Both the position numbers and the translations under genes were made by a program. The notes under the pieces were generated by a model. That model searched no databases. It saw only the letters and a program-made list of their open reading frames with translations, and was not told the DNA's origin. A stretch of 47,151 bases of DNA from Leidyana gryllorum EB-2025a (taxonomy: Eukaryota > Protista > Apicomplexa), in NCBI GenBank assembly GCA_048772705.1, contig JBLWGC010000071.1, forward strand, positions 1-47,151. The letters are read 5' to 3'. Shown piece by piece: positions 17,940-27,489 of the stretch (its first letter is position 1; each line of letters opens with the position of its first letter).

Positions 17940-18010
17940 GGCTGTTTGGTCTAGTGCTATGATCCCTCCTCAGGGTGGAAGGAGTCCTGGTTCGATTCCC
18001 AGAACAGCCC
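17940..18010 (+). pseudogene. tRNA-Pro(AGG)-like, degenerate
   Basis: Anticodon-arm mismatches, T-stem deletion. Confidence 0.7.
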
Positions 18011-18152
18011 TCTTGGTCGTCGGTTGACCCGACGGGACAAGTTGCCCTCAGAACCAATACAGCCACCTCGTTAGCCCACTTGGGTAGGGCAGTCAGGGCA
18101 TACTAGCATCTCAAGGATCGCATTTCGGCTCCCTCTTCCATGTTGCAGACTA

Positions 18153-18224
18153 AGCAGTGTAGCTCAGTGGAAGAGTGTTGGGCTCATAACCCAAAGGTCC
18201 GTCGATCGAAACGACGCACTGCTA
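18153..18224 (+). tRNA. tRNA-iMet(CAT)
   Basis: A1:T72, three G-C pairs in anticodon stem, GATCGAAA T-loop. Confidence 0.95.
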
Positions 18225-18273
18225 AGTGTGCGCAGCAGGGAAACAGTTATAGAATAGATTTTCTCGTGACCAA

Positions 18274-18345
18274 AGCCTTCTGCCGGAATCGAACCGGCGA
18301 CCTTTCGCTTACTAAGCGAATGCTCTGCCCCTAAGCTAAGAAGGC
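18274..18345 (-). tRNA. tRNA-Thr(AGT)
   Basis: Cloverleaf. Confidence 0.9.
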
Positions 18346-18421
18346 AATGGAAGCCACAGATCACGAGTCAGTCACTATTGACGGAGGTTACTGGAGCACT
18401 TTGCTCGAATGGTCCAATGAC

Positions 18422-18495
18422 TTCGACTCCCGGAACTTGAACCCGGATCGTGCCGGTGAAAGCCGCATATCCTAGCCACTTTCGACTACAGTGGA
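18422..18495 (-). pseudogene. tRNA-Glu(TTC), degenerate
   Basis: Several stem mismatches. Confidence 0.75.
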
Positions 18496-18786
18496 CGAGT
18501 GGTTGAGTTGGGGCTTCGGCCGAGAGCCGTAGCGTCTTGGAAAAAATGGTATGTCGGCGTGATCAAGTGAGTGGATCTCTGATACAGATTCGGACTTAGA
18601 CCAATTCCATTTGTATTGATCGTGGAATCTTGGGCCTTCCCCGGGTACAGGGCGAGCTTCCTTGCCCCCCCAACTCCGTCGGTGGAGCGCAAGACTTTTG
18701 ATGGGAGAACCGCGGGTTCGGGGGGGCGCGAGCAGTGCTGAACCGTATGTGAAGCCACTGGCCGCTAAATGCCGAGTTCGACAGGT

Positions 18787-18868
18787 GGCAACTTGCCCGA
18801 GTGTTTAAGGGGGTAGACTAGAAATCTACTGGGCCTGCCCCACGCTGGTTCAAATCCAGCAGTTGTCG
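18787..18868 (+). tRNA. tRNA-Ser(AGA)
   Basis: Long variable arm. Confidence 0.8.
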
Positions 18869-18943
18869 CGCGATGTGATCGGAGGGGTCAAACACCAACT
18901 TACATGAATTCCTGGAATGGTGGAAAAACAACCATGTGTCCTC

Positions 18944-19014
18944 TGCATCTGCCGGGAATCGAACCCGGGTCGTCTCGATGGCAACGAGACATTCTACCAC
19001 TAGACCACAGATGC
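18944..19014 (-). tRNA. tRNA-Gly(GCC)
   Basis: Cloverleaf. Confidence 0.9.
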
Positions 19015-19086
19015 ATAATCCAGCGTTGAGCTAGTCGCCCGCTGTCCAGACTTCATAGCATTCCGTGGTTTTTGACATAGTACGCA

Positions 19087-19166
19087 TGACAAGCGTGAGA
19101 TTAGAGCCCACGCGATTTAGAAGTGCGGCCTGAACACAGCGCTTCAGACCACCCGGCCATGCTGCC
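19087..19166 (-). pseudogene. tRNA-Leu(CAG), degenerate
   Basis: B box decayed. Confidence 0.7.
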
Positions 19167-19262
19167 GGAGTGTTGTTGGCTTGCCGCTCGACGCGTTTGG
19201 TGTCCGTGGAACCTCGAAACCGGTAAGACGTCTGAGGCTGGAGGCCGGCCTGTTTGCGAGCG

Positions 19263-19334
19263 TCCGAGATAGTAAAGCGGTTAGTATTTCCGCCTGTCAT
19301 GCGGAAGACCCGGGTTCGATTCCCGGTCTCGGAG
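19263..19334 (+). tRNA. tRNA-Asp(GTC)
   Basis: Cloverleaf. Confidence 0.85.
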
Positions 19335-19389
19335 CACAGGTGGTTTCGCTTAAGATTGTCTCCCCTGGTTCTCGCTGAAAGTTAGGAGT

Positions 19390-19532
19390 TACACCACCGA
19401 GGATTCACCTCGGACTTTCTGCGTGTTCAGCAGACGTCGTAACCACTAGACCGTGGGAGCTACAGCCACCGAGGATTCACCTCGGACTTTCTGCGTGTTA
19501 AGCAGACGTCGTAACCACTAGACGGTGGCTGC
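19390..19532 (-). pseudogene. Tandem pair of degenerate tRNA-Val
   Basis: Two ~72-nt Val copies head-to-tail; same pair at 36527-36670. Confidence 0.8.
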
Positions 19533-19596
19533 ATGAATGGTCCCCGCAGCCCAAGAGGAGTGGCGAAGTTTCACGGAGCAGTGAGGACCAGTTCCA

Positions 19597-19668
19597 AGGT
19601 CGCGCCGGGAATCGAACCCAGGTCGGGAGATTCAGAGTCTCCAGTGCTAACCACTACACCACGCAACC
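19597..19668 (-). tRNA. tRNA-Gln(CTG)
   Basis: Cloverleaf. Confidence 0.9.
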
Positions 19669-19885
19669 GATTCAGCCCATCCCAGAAGAGTCGGTAGAAT
19701 TGAGTCGGTAGAATTATCCGGACTAGCGCTTCCTCAACTGGACACACGCAACACGGGTCTCTCTACTGACGTCTGGAAAATTTAATTGGCTCCTGTATAT
19801 AGCGCCCAGCGTAGAGCGTTGGATTTGAGTCGGACAGAAAGCTCACTTCAATCATTGAAGCAATTGCGCTCTCCGCGAATGCTAC

Positions 19886-19967
19886 CGACAGGGGTGAGAT
19901 TCGAATTCACGCGGGTAAAACCCAACGGCTTAGCAGGCCGCCGCCTTAACCGCTCGGCCACCTTGCC
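19886..19967 (-). tRNA. tRNA-Ser(GCT)
   Basis: Long variable arm. Confidence 0.85.
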
Positions 19968-20061
19968 GCCACTGTAACTGATTACACCTTCCCTCGGGCA
20001 CCCCGTGCGAACTGTTGTAGGAAGAGGGGGGTCTCTCTACTAACCTCTGAACATTGTAAGG

Positions 20062-20134
20062 GGTCTTGTAGCTCAGGCGGCAGAGGGTGTGGCTGTTAAC
20101 CGCAAAGTCGCAGGCTCGGAACCTGCCAGGAGCG
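20062..20134 (+). pseudogene. tRNA-Asn(GTT), degenerate
   Basis: T-loop altered. Confidence 0.7.
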
Positions 20135-20242
20135 CTTTCATAGGCACGCTAGACACTGACTGGGCTGCTCTCGCAATGGCAATTGTGGTCTGCGACCCTT
20201 CAAAGATGGTGAGATCCCCGGCACGTGCAGCCGTACGTACTT

Positions 20243-20555
20243 TGGACGACCTGGGCATCGATCCCAGTATCTCTCGCACGCTAAGCGTAGCGAGCTACCA
20301 TTTGAGCTAGTGTAAGTCTGGGGTTCTTCTGGGGCCGGTGCCTTGGCAGTTCTCTTAGCCTTCAAGGCAAATGATCTGGGAAGTATACTGGGCCGGCTGG
20401 TTCGTCTGGTCATGGTAAGTCCAGTTAACTAGTTGCGTGCGTGTGCTGTGTTTGTACCCACCGTGTCTCCGGCCGGGCGGTTAGTTACGTCATGCATATT
20501 AAAAAGGGTGGTTTCACGAGCTATCTGAGAGGTGTAATCCTTACACTAGTCGCCC
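20243..20555 (-). pseudogene. tRNA-Ala interrupted by a solo LTR
   Basis: Ala sequence resumes after the LTR with CTAG duplicated. Confidence 0.85.
20311..20545 (-). mobile_element. Solo LTR, 4-bp-TSD family
   Basis: TGTAAG...CTTACA; TSD CTAG. Confidence 0.9.
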
Positions 20556-20671
20556 ATTTAGCAAACCCCAGTACATCCATTTCTTTTTTACATGGTATGA
20601 CCAATCTCCCAACTGCATCGATCACTTTCACCTGTTTGTGCTCCACTTTGCACAAACGAAGGCACGCAGGA

Positions 20672-20744
20672 AACGGCTAGAGGGACTCGAACCCTCGACC
20701 TTTGCCTTAGGAGGGCAACGCGCTATTCATTGCGCCACAACCGC
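20672..20744 (-). tRNA. tRNA-Arg(CCT)
   Basis: Cloverleaf. Confidence 0.8.
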
Positions 20745-20834
20745 ATTCGGGACGCATCCAACTTTTGAGTGGGACGGAACCGGCTGCCCTCCTCTTTCAC
20801 CCAACCAGTATCGAGATGACCGAAGCCTATCCAT

Positions 20835-20907
20835 GGTGCGGTGGCCTAATGGATAGGGCATCGGTCTTCGGAACCGGGAGTTGTGGGTTCGAGTCCCATC
20901 CGCATCA
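20835..20907 (+). tRNA. tRNA-Arg(TCG)
   Basis: Cloverleaf. Confidence 0.9.
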
Positions 20908-21113
20908 TAGCCTCTCACTCGGAAGACGTTCCGTTTCGACCGAGGCAAGCTTGCTAGCGGCATGGGAGCCGCTGCCCCGCATGTCGAGTTGCAGTGCTAG
21001 TGGTATCAGTTTCCTTCGTCCGTGAAAGTGCTCGATTCGATCCCCGTAGGTTGCAGACAGCTGGAAGTAGAAATTGGCCGAGTCTCTCGGGGTGCTGCAG
21101 ATCTCTCGCAATT

Positions 21114-21184
21114 GCACTTGTGGTCTAAGGGTAAGATGCGACCCTTCCAAGGTCGTAACCCGGGTTCGAGTCCCGGCAGGTGCA
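21114..21184 (+). tRNA. tRNA-Gly(TCC)
   Basis: Cloverleaf. Confidence 0.9.
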
Positions 21185-21251
21185 GCCGTATGTAGCTCGA
21201 ACGACCTGTCTATAGGTGAAGAGAGGGGACGACTCAATACAATACAACGGT

Positions 21252-21331
21252 TGACAAGAGTGGGATTCGAACCCACGCCCTTTCGGACTGCGGCCTTAAC
21301 ACAGCGCCTTAGACCACTCGGCCATCTTGCC
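21252..21331 (-). tRNA. tRNA-Leu(AAG)
   Basis: Long variable arm. Confidence 0.9.
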
Positions 21332-21426
21332 GGAGTGCTCTTGGCTCGCCGCTTTACACGTTTTCTGTCTGTGAAGTCTCGAGAACGGAGGACTTTTGGG
21401 GTTGAAGGCCGGAGTATCCACGAGCG

Positions 21427-21498
21427 TCCGAGATAGTATAGTGCTTAGTATTTCCGCCTCTCACTCGGAAGACCCGGGTTCGATTCCCGGTCTCGGAG
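21427..21498 (+). pseudogene. tRNA-Asp body with CTC anticodon
   Basis: tccgc CT CTC AC tcgga. Confidence 0.7.
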
Positions 21499-21551
21499 AC
21501 ACTTCGTTCTTCCGCTTTAGATTTCGTGGTGCTCACCTGACAAACGCGAGT

Positions 21552-21624
21552 TACAGCCACCGAGGATCGAACTCGGGACCTTCTGCGTGTTAAGCAGACG
21601 TCGTGACCACTAGACCATGGCTGC
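21552..21624 (-). tRNA. tRNA-Val(AAC)
   Basis: Cloverleaf. Confidence 0.9.
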
Positions 21625-21886
21625 ACGGAAGGTCCCGCAGACCAAGAGGAGTGGTGAGGTTTCACAAAGTAGTGCATTTGGCCATGTTGCCAGCTCGCTT
21701 TCTGTCCCGTCACTCCAACCGTTTGTAGTCTGTTGGGCTGACACGCGGCTCCCACTACGGAAGTTCCAGCTCTGGGAGTAGAGCCACTTCACATGTCAGG
21801 CTATCGGGTTTTGTGCCCTTTGATCCATCGATAGGCTGTCTAACAACGGCTGTCACCACGTACAAAATGCAGCAAGATCATGTTCT

Positions 21887-21957
21887 GCATCTGTGGTCTA
21901 GTGGTAGAATGTCTCGTTGTCATCGACACGACCCGGGTTCGATTCCCGGCAGATGCA
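21887..21957 (+). pseudogene. tRNA-Gly body with GTC anticodon
   Basis: ctcg TT GTC AT cgac. Confidence 0.7.
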
Positions 21958-22021
21958 GATGAGATAGCACATGGTTGAGTTTCATGCGTCAGTTGTTGTC
22001 TGCCCCTCCAATCACATCGAA

Positions 22022-22103
22022 CGACAACTGCTGGATTTGAACCAGCGCGGGCCAGGCCCAGTAGATTTCAAGTCTACCCCCTTAACCACTCGGGCAAGTT
22101 GCC
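22022..22103 (-). tRNA. tRNA-Ser(TGA)
   Basis: Long variable arm. Confidence 0.9.
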
Positions 22104-22321
22104 AACTGTCGAATTCGACATGCCGCGAGGAGTGACCAAATGCCCCCATGTTCAGCCTGTCCTGCGGCATTGATAGGTGTCTAAACTGACCTCTCGCGTG
22201 CCAAGTCACCGCTCTACCACTTGAGATAGCCGCCCACTCGCCAATCCTAGGTGAACTTCCCATCTGAGACCGACTCACAGTTCTCTGGCGCCTCATTCGT
22301 CAGTGCAACTGTTGTGACTCG

Positions 22322-22394
22322 TCCACTGTAGTCTGAGTGGCTAGGATATGCGGCTTTCACCCGCACGATCCGGGTTCAAGTCCCGGCAGTGGAA
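22322..22394 (+). tRNA. tRNA-Glu(TTC)
   Basis: Cloverleaf. Confidence 0.88.
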
Positions 22395-22470
22395 GTCATT
22401 AGAGTACTCGATCAAAGTGCTCTGATAACTTGCGTAAATAGGGACTGATGCGTGATTCCCGGCTTGCATT

Positions 22471-22542
22471 GCCTTCTTAGCTTAGGGGCAGAGCATTTGC
22501 TTAGTAAGCGAAAGGTCGCTGGTTCGATTCCGGCAGAAGGCT
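22471..22542 (+). tRNA. tRNA-Thr(AGT)
   Basis: Cloverleaf. Confidence 0.88.
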
Positions 22543-22754
22543 TGACTGCATCGACTGGGAAGCTGCAAAGCTTGGTTTTTCGAGCTCCAATCAGCCTAGC
22601 TGAGTCTGTTAGCTCCGTCGGCAGAGGATAAGTCTTTTAGCCACACAGTCGCAGGTTTGGAACCTGCAGTAGTGTGACGCACCCACAACCTCAATGCAGA
22701 CTGTGCCCGAGTCTCGGGGTGCCGATCTCGGGGTGGCGAAGCTCTTTCTCAAGT

Positions 22755-22825
22755 GCACTTGTGGTCCAAGGGTAGGATGCGAGCTTCCCATGGTCGAAGC
22801 CCGGGTTCGAGTCCCGGCAGGTGCA
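22755..22825 (+). tRNA. tRNA-Gly(CCC)
   Basis: Cloverleaf, one anticodon-stem mismatch. Confidence 0.8.
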
Positions 22826-22956
22826 GCCGATCTCAAGATGGTACGGCTCTCGTCCATCTCTGCAGCGCTCATTCCTGCCCCGACTACGTCTCTGGTGTCT
22901 CGAATAAAAAACCCTTGCCGGGATCAACAACGCTCAATCACCACACACATCCTGTC

Positions 22957-23113
22957 GCCCCGCGTGTGACTGAACTAATCCGCCTGGCTGGTTCGATGGG
23001 TTACACTACCTACGGCGAAGCAAACGACCACCTATAACCGTGCCTGCTCCAGGATCCAGTACTGGGTTCTGGTCTAATAGTGGTACTGGCCTGGGACGTC
23101 GTTCACACTAACA
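22957..23113 (-). mobile_element. Truncated LTR related to the E2 LTR
   Basis: TGTTAGTGTGAACG...; encodes VPLLDQNPVLDPGAGTVIGGRLLRRR*. Confidence 0.88.
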
Positions 23114-23311
23114 AGCGGTCGATTCCACAACAAAGACAATGGTTGCGTGGTTGGGAACCCATTGACAATTGTTGCTGAGGTCCTCGTCAACGGAGTCAAT
23201 TACTGACCACCGCATCTGGTGCCACTCATTCGACTACCGGTCAACCGTCTATTTTCACCGTGGGGGCCAACGCGCAGATCAAACTGCGGGTGAAGAAAGA
23301 TCTGGTGAATA
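23114..23311 (+). pseudogene. Second fragment of the haemagglutinin-like gene
   Basis: Near-identical to 16263-16294 plus 16521-16688, without the solo LTR. Confidence 0.8.
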
Positions 23312-24053
23312 ATGAGAACGTTGATGACCGAAGTGGATAAGGGTTCCGGGAGAACAGCAATTGTCCTCGGCTTAGTCGGCCCTGAAGGAAAAGCTTACTC
23401 CTTCAGAGTGAGGCTTCGCCTCTTGACCTGAAAGGAATGAAAGCCCAAATTCCTTTACTAGTTGGTGGGGTTGTGGTAACACAATTGAACTTGGGTTGCC
23501 AGGAGAAGCCCTAGGGAGCGTTATCTTTGCTCTTTGACAACACCACTCCTTTGAATCGGTTTGTCTGGAGAATAGGAAGAAAAGTTGGCATGGTTTCTTA
23601 CACCTGTTGGAAATTCGGTGCGCTTCTATTGGCCCAAGGGATATTGACTCCACTTTCTAGCCGTACCCTAAACCGCATCAGGTCTCCTAGGTTCGCAGCC
23701 CCTGATCGATAGAATAAGGCGGATGAGGGAAGTCGGAGGAAAAAGGATTGGCTCTCAGGGCCGAGCTTTCAGGGCCTAGTGACAGTTCATCGTTCTCGCT
23801 TTTTCTGGAGTGGGGTGACTCACTCTGGGAGTTGCAACGAGCGGTGGCCTACGCTAGGAGCCTTGGCTATCCTGTTGGCGTTAACCGGCTAACTCAGAAC
23901 TGGTATGGACAGGAATCTGACTGCTTAATTACAACAAAGCATTGCGACAAGCGGCAACGCTTTTTACGCCATGTGATTGCTGCCCAGTGCTCTGAATGTC
24001 ATTGCGATGAAATTCGCCCAAGCGCGGGTAAACGGTGGGAGTAACTGTAACTC
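23312..24053 (+). rRNA. LSU (28S-type) rRNA fragment, divergent, probably a pseudogene
   Basis: Conserved blocks aaccgcatcaggtctcc, ggattggctct, gcccagtgctctgaatgtca, caagcgcgggtaaacgg; ~21-nt deletion after gggaagtcgg; ends in helix 69. Confidence 0.9.
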
Positions 24054-24777
24054 AGGGCTCAAAGGCACGTGATTGATAGCATGCAAACACAGGGAAGCGA
24101 AAAGTGGTCGAGCGGAGGGCAGCAAAAGCATGGCTGCCCTCTGCTAAGTTTGTGTGCCGCACACGAGGTGGGCACGCCGCACACTTGGTGGGCCATTTGG
24201 GAAGCTCTTGGGACTGGGAAAGGGGTGTGTACGCTGTGTACAGTCTGTATCCAGGACTTGGGAAACATGATTTGGGGCGGCAATCCTAATGGTGTGTGAG
24301 TCCCATAGCAGTGCTTTGGTCGCACACAAAATTCCATTGGAGGTGTGTATGGAACGGGTTGGGGCTTGGAAAGGGCATGTCTTGGGTCAGAGGAAGTGTG
24401 TGGGGCGGCAACCCAGAGGGTGCAGGGGTGTCCCGAAAACCGTGGAAGACTTCCGGCCCGCAATTTTGGGACGCAAACACGCGTCGGTTCCGGTGGTGAA
24501 TTTGGAGGGGTCGGTTTCTCCGGATCCATGGAAGGGATTGGGGCGGCTCCGAAGGGGCACTCTATTCTAACCTTCTAGCGTCGTATTATGCGCGAGGTGA
24601 GGAGCAACTCCACCGATTTTCGTGTGCGACCATTTTTTCTACACAGCGCGTGTTCGAAAAAAGGTGCACACACGGCGGGAGTAACTCAAACTAAGGGCCT
24701 TAAGGCTCGGTTGTGAGGAAGCAAGCAGCACGAAAAAGAGAGCACACGGTGGTCTAGCTAATGAAACTTAACTAAAC

Positions 24778-25050
24778 TTAGGCTTCCTCCTCGATGGAGG
24801 CAGCCAGCGAAGAGAGCGAAGGAGGCGGCGTCGGATCTTCAATGATTTTCGGCTTCAGATATAGGCACATGTAGATGGGGTACTCCCCAAGCGCATCCGG
24901 CTTGTAAAAGTAGTACTCGGGGGAGTGACAGGTGTTGTGCCTGTGCTCCTCCGAGCCGCAGGAGCCGAACCAGATGCACTTGAGGTATGCCTGTCGTTTG
25001 CCGGTGACCTTCATCCTTGTTGCTGATTGTAAGTGTTGGAGTGGTTGTTG
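24778..25050 (-). pseudogene. ORF fragment with a zinc-knuckle-like motif
   Basis: CIWFGSCGSEEHRHNTC; the predicted ORF start at 25131 lies in tRNA-module spacer. Confidence 0.35.
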
Positions 25051-25133
25051 TGAGTGAATGCGGGTGTGTTGTTGATGGAGCATCCCCGCGCACCCTATTG
25101 ACAGGAGGAGATGCATCGAGAGCGGTTTCACTA

Positions 25134-25206
25134 GGGAGTGTAGCCCAATCGGTAGCGCGTAGGTCTCATAATCCTAAAGTCGAGAGTTAGATCCTCTCCA
25201 CTCCCA
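25134..25206 (+). tRNA. tRNA-Met(CAT), elongator
   Basis: Cloverleaf, T-loop variant. Confidence 0.75.
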
Positions 25207-25271
25207 CGGTCGGAATCGAAGCCGCCGACAAACTCATCATGCTATCATTTTGCAGTCGGATACAACAAAGC

Positions 25272-25343
25272 GGGCTGTTCTGGGAGTGGAACCCAGGACT
25301 TCTTCCGCCCGACGGAAGAATCATACCACTAGACCATACAGCC
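25272..25343 (-). pseudogene. tRNA-Pro(CGG), degenerate
   Basis: Multiple substitutions. Confidence 0.7.
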
Positions 25344-25430
25344 GGCTGTCGTTCGTGCAACCCGCTGAAGACAGTTTAAAAGTGATCATACGATGTTGAG
25401 AACAAAAAAATGCGACGGGGTCTGCACAAC

Positions 25431-25503
25431 GGGCGACTAGCTCAGATGGTAGAGGGCTCGCTTTGCATGCGAGAGGTACTTGGATCGATGCCCAGGTCGT
25501 CCA
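25431..25503 (+). tRNA. tRNA-Ala(TGC)
   Basis: Cloverleaf with mismatches. Confidence 0.75.
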
Positions 25504-25555
25504 AACTTCGTACAGCCCGCTTTCGTCCCACTCAACAGTCGGGTGCGTCCCGAAT

Positions 25556-25628
25556 GCGGTTGTGGCGCAATTGATAACGCGTTGCCCTCCTAAGGCAAAG
25601 GTTGAGGGTCCGAGTCCCTCCAGCCGTT
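25556..25628 (+). tRNA. tRNA-Arg(CCT)
   Basis: Cloverleaf with mismatches. Confidence 0.7.
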
Positions 25629-25743
25629 TCCTGCGTGCCTTCGTTTGTGCACAGTGGAGCACAAACTGGTGAAGGTGATCGATGCAGCTGGGAGATTGGT
25701 CATACCATGTAAAAAGAAGTGGATGTACTGGGGTTTGCTGAAT

Positions 25744-25816
25744 GGGCGACTAGCTCAAATGGTAGAGCGCTCGCTTAGCATGCGAGAGGTACTGGGATCG
25801 ATGCCCAGGTCGTCCA
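25744..25816 (+). tRNA. tRNA-Ala(AGC)
   Basis: Cloverleaf. Confidence 0.9.
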
Positions 25817-25926
25817 AAGTACGTACGGCAGCACGTGGCGGGAGCCAAACCCAACCTCACATCTTTGAAGGGTCGCACACCACAAGTGCCACTGCGAGAG
25901 CAGACTGTCTAGGGTGCCTCTTAAAC

Positions 25927-25999
25927 CGGTCCTGGCAGGTTTCGAACCTGCGACTTTGTGGTTAACAGCCACACGCTCTGCCGACTGAGCTACAAGACC
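25927..25999 (-). tRNA. tRNA-Asn(GTT)
   Basis: Cloverleaf. Confidence 0.9.
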
Positions 26000-26116
26000 C
26001 AGCTACAATGGTTCAGAGGTTAGTATAGAGATCCTCCTTTTTCTACAACAGGATTCTGCAACCACGTCTTGTCAAGAGGGTACGGCTCTCGGCTAAAGCT
26101 GCAGCTGAGGAAGTTG

Positions 26117-26189
26117 TCCACTGTAGTCTAAGTGGCTAGGATATGCGGCTCTCACCCGCACGATCCGGGTTCAAGTCCCGGCAGTGGAA
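26117..26189 (+). tRNA. tRNA-Glu(CTC)
   Basis: Cloverleaf. Confidence 0.9.
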
Positions 26190-26238
26190 ATCCAGCAGAG
26201 TGTGGTTGTAGGTAACGGCTTCCAGAGACATTGATTTG

Positions 26239-26311
26239 CACCGCCCGCGGGGCTCGAACCCGCGACTGCAAGATTAAGAGTCTTGCGCTCTACCGACTGA
26301 GCTAGGGCGGC
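26239..26311 (-). tRNA. tRNA-Lys(CTT)
   Basis: Cloverleaf. Confidence 0.9.
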
Positions 26312-26579
26312 AGGAATGCAAGGACACAAAACCCGATGGCCCGACATCTTAAGTGGCTTTGGTACCCACCAGCCTCTTGAAGATTGTCCGGGTCGTCTAG
26401 GTGCTTTCAACAGCAAGTTGTGGCCGTGCATACCCAGGCCCGAATCCTGGCTTGGATAGTATGTCCCCGATGTCTCGAATGGGAGATGTGGGTGAAGCGT
26501 GTCCACACCCACCATCGGGCGTAGCTGCCCATCTCCTGTCTTTATCGCTACACACTCCCATTTGACGGCTCCGCTAGTC

Positions 26580-26652
26580 GGCGCTATGGCCTAATGGATA
26601 TGGCATCGGTCTACGGAACCGGGGATTCTGGGTTCGAGTCCCAGTAGCGTCT
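26580..26652 (+). tRNA. tRNA-Arg(ACG)
   Basis: Cloverleaf. Confidence 0.9.
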
Positions 26653-26698
26653 GGGTGGATGGCCGGGTTGCAGCCTGTTGAGTTAACAACTATCAGAC

Positions 26699-26770
26699 GG
26701 GCTGTTCTGGGAATCGAACCCAGGACTCCTTCCACCCTAAGGAAAGATCATACCACTAGACCAAACAGCC
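26699..26770 (-). tRNA. tRNA-Pro(AGG)
   Basis: Cloverleaf. Confidence 0.88.
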
Positions 26771-26858
26771 GCCTGTCGGTCGTGCAAACCGCTGAGTACA
26801 GTTGAGAGGGTGGTTATACTATGTTGAGAACCAACACATGCGATGGGGTCTGCGCAAC

Positions 26859-26931
26859 GGGCGACTAGCTCAGATGGTAGAGCGCTCGCTTTGCATGCGA
26901 GAGGTACTGGGATCGATACCCAGGTTGTCCA
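26859..26931 (+). tRNA. tRNA-Ala(TGC)
   Basis: Cloverleaf. Confidence 0.88.
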
Positions 26932-27407
26932 AACTCAGTAGGCCGGCACCTGCCGGTGGTTAGATACAGAGTTGCGACCTCTAAGAGAGAGTTGGACATC
27001 GCAGCTCCCGGTACTGCCAGGCTTCGAAACTGCGACTTTGTGGTGAACAGCTACACGCTTTGCCGACTGAGCTACAAGACCCAGTTGCAATGTTCTTTTG
27101 AGCGAGGAGAAATCATACCTTCAGACCAAACAGCCCCCTGGTCGGCCTGCCCAGCTACGGCACTCATAGGTGTCAAATCGATCCGCATCTCAAGAACCAC
27201 ATTTCCGCTTCCTGCATGATATCCGACGCTGGAGTAGTGGAACTCAGTGCGAGAGTGTTGGGCTTATGACTGCAGTGTCCGAGGTCTCCCGCAACACGGG
27301 TCTCTACTGATCTCTGAAATATTTCAAGTGGCTCCTGTATATAGCGCGCAGCGTAGAGCGTTGGATTTGGGTCGGACAAAGCAGTTGCGCTTTTTCCCGA
27401 ATGCTAC

Positions 27408-27489
27408 CGACAGGGGTGAGATTCGAACTCACGCGGGTGAAACCCAACGGCTTAGCAGGCCGCCGCCTTAACCACTCGGCCACCTTGCC
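27408..27489 (-). tRNA. tRNA-Ser(GCT)
   Basis: Long variable arm. Confidence 0.9.

Noticed and set aside
24053-24697. Group I intron at L1921
   Set aside because: Position and terminal G fit, but no P7 core elements are recognisable by eye and rRNA does not resume beyond CTTAAGG; left open pending an Infernal search.
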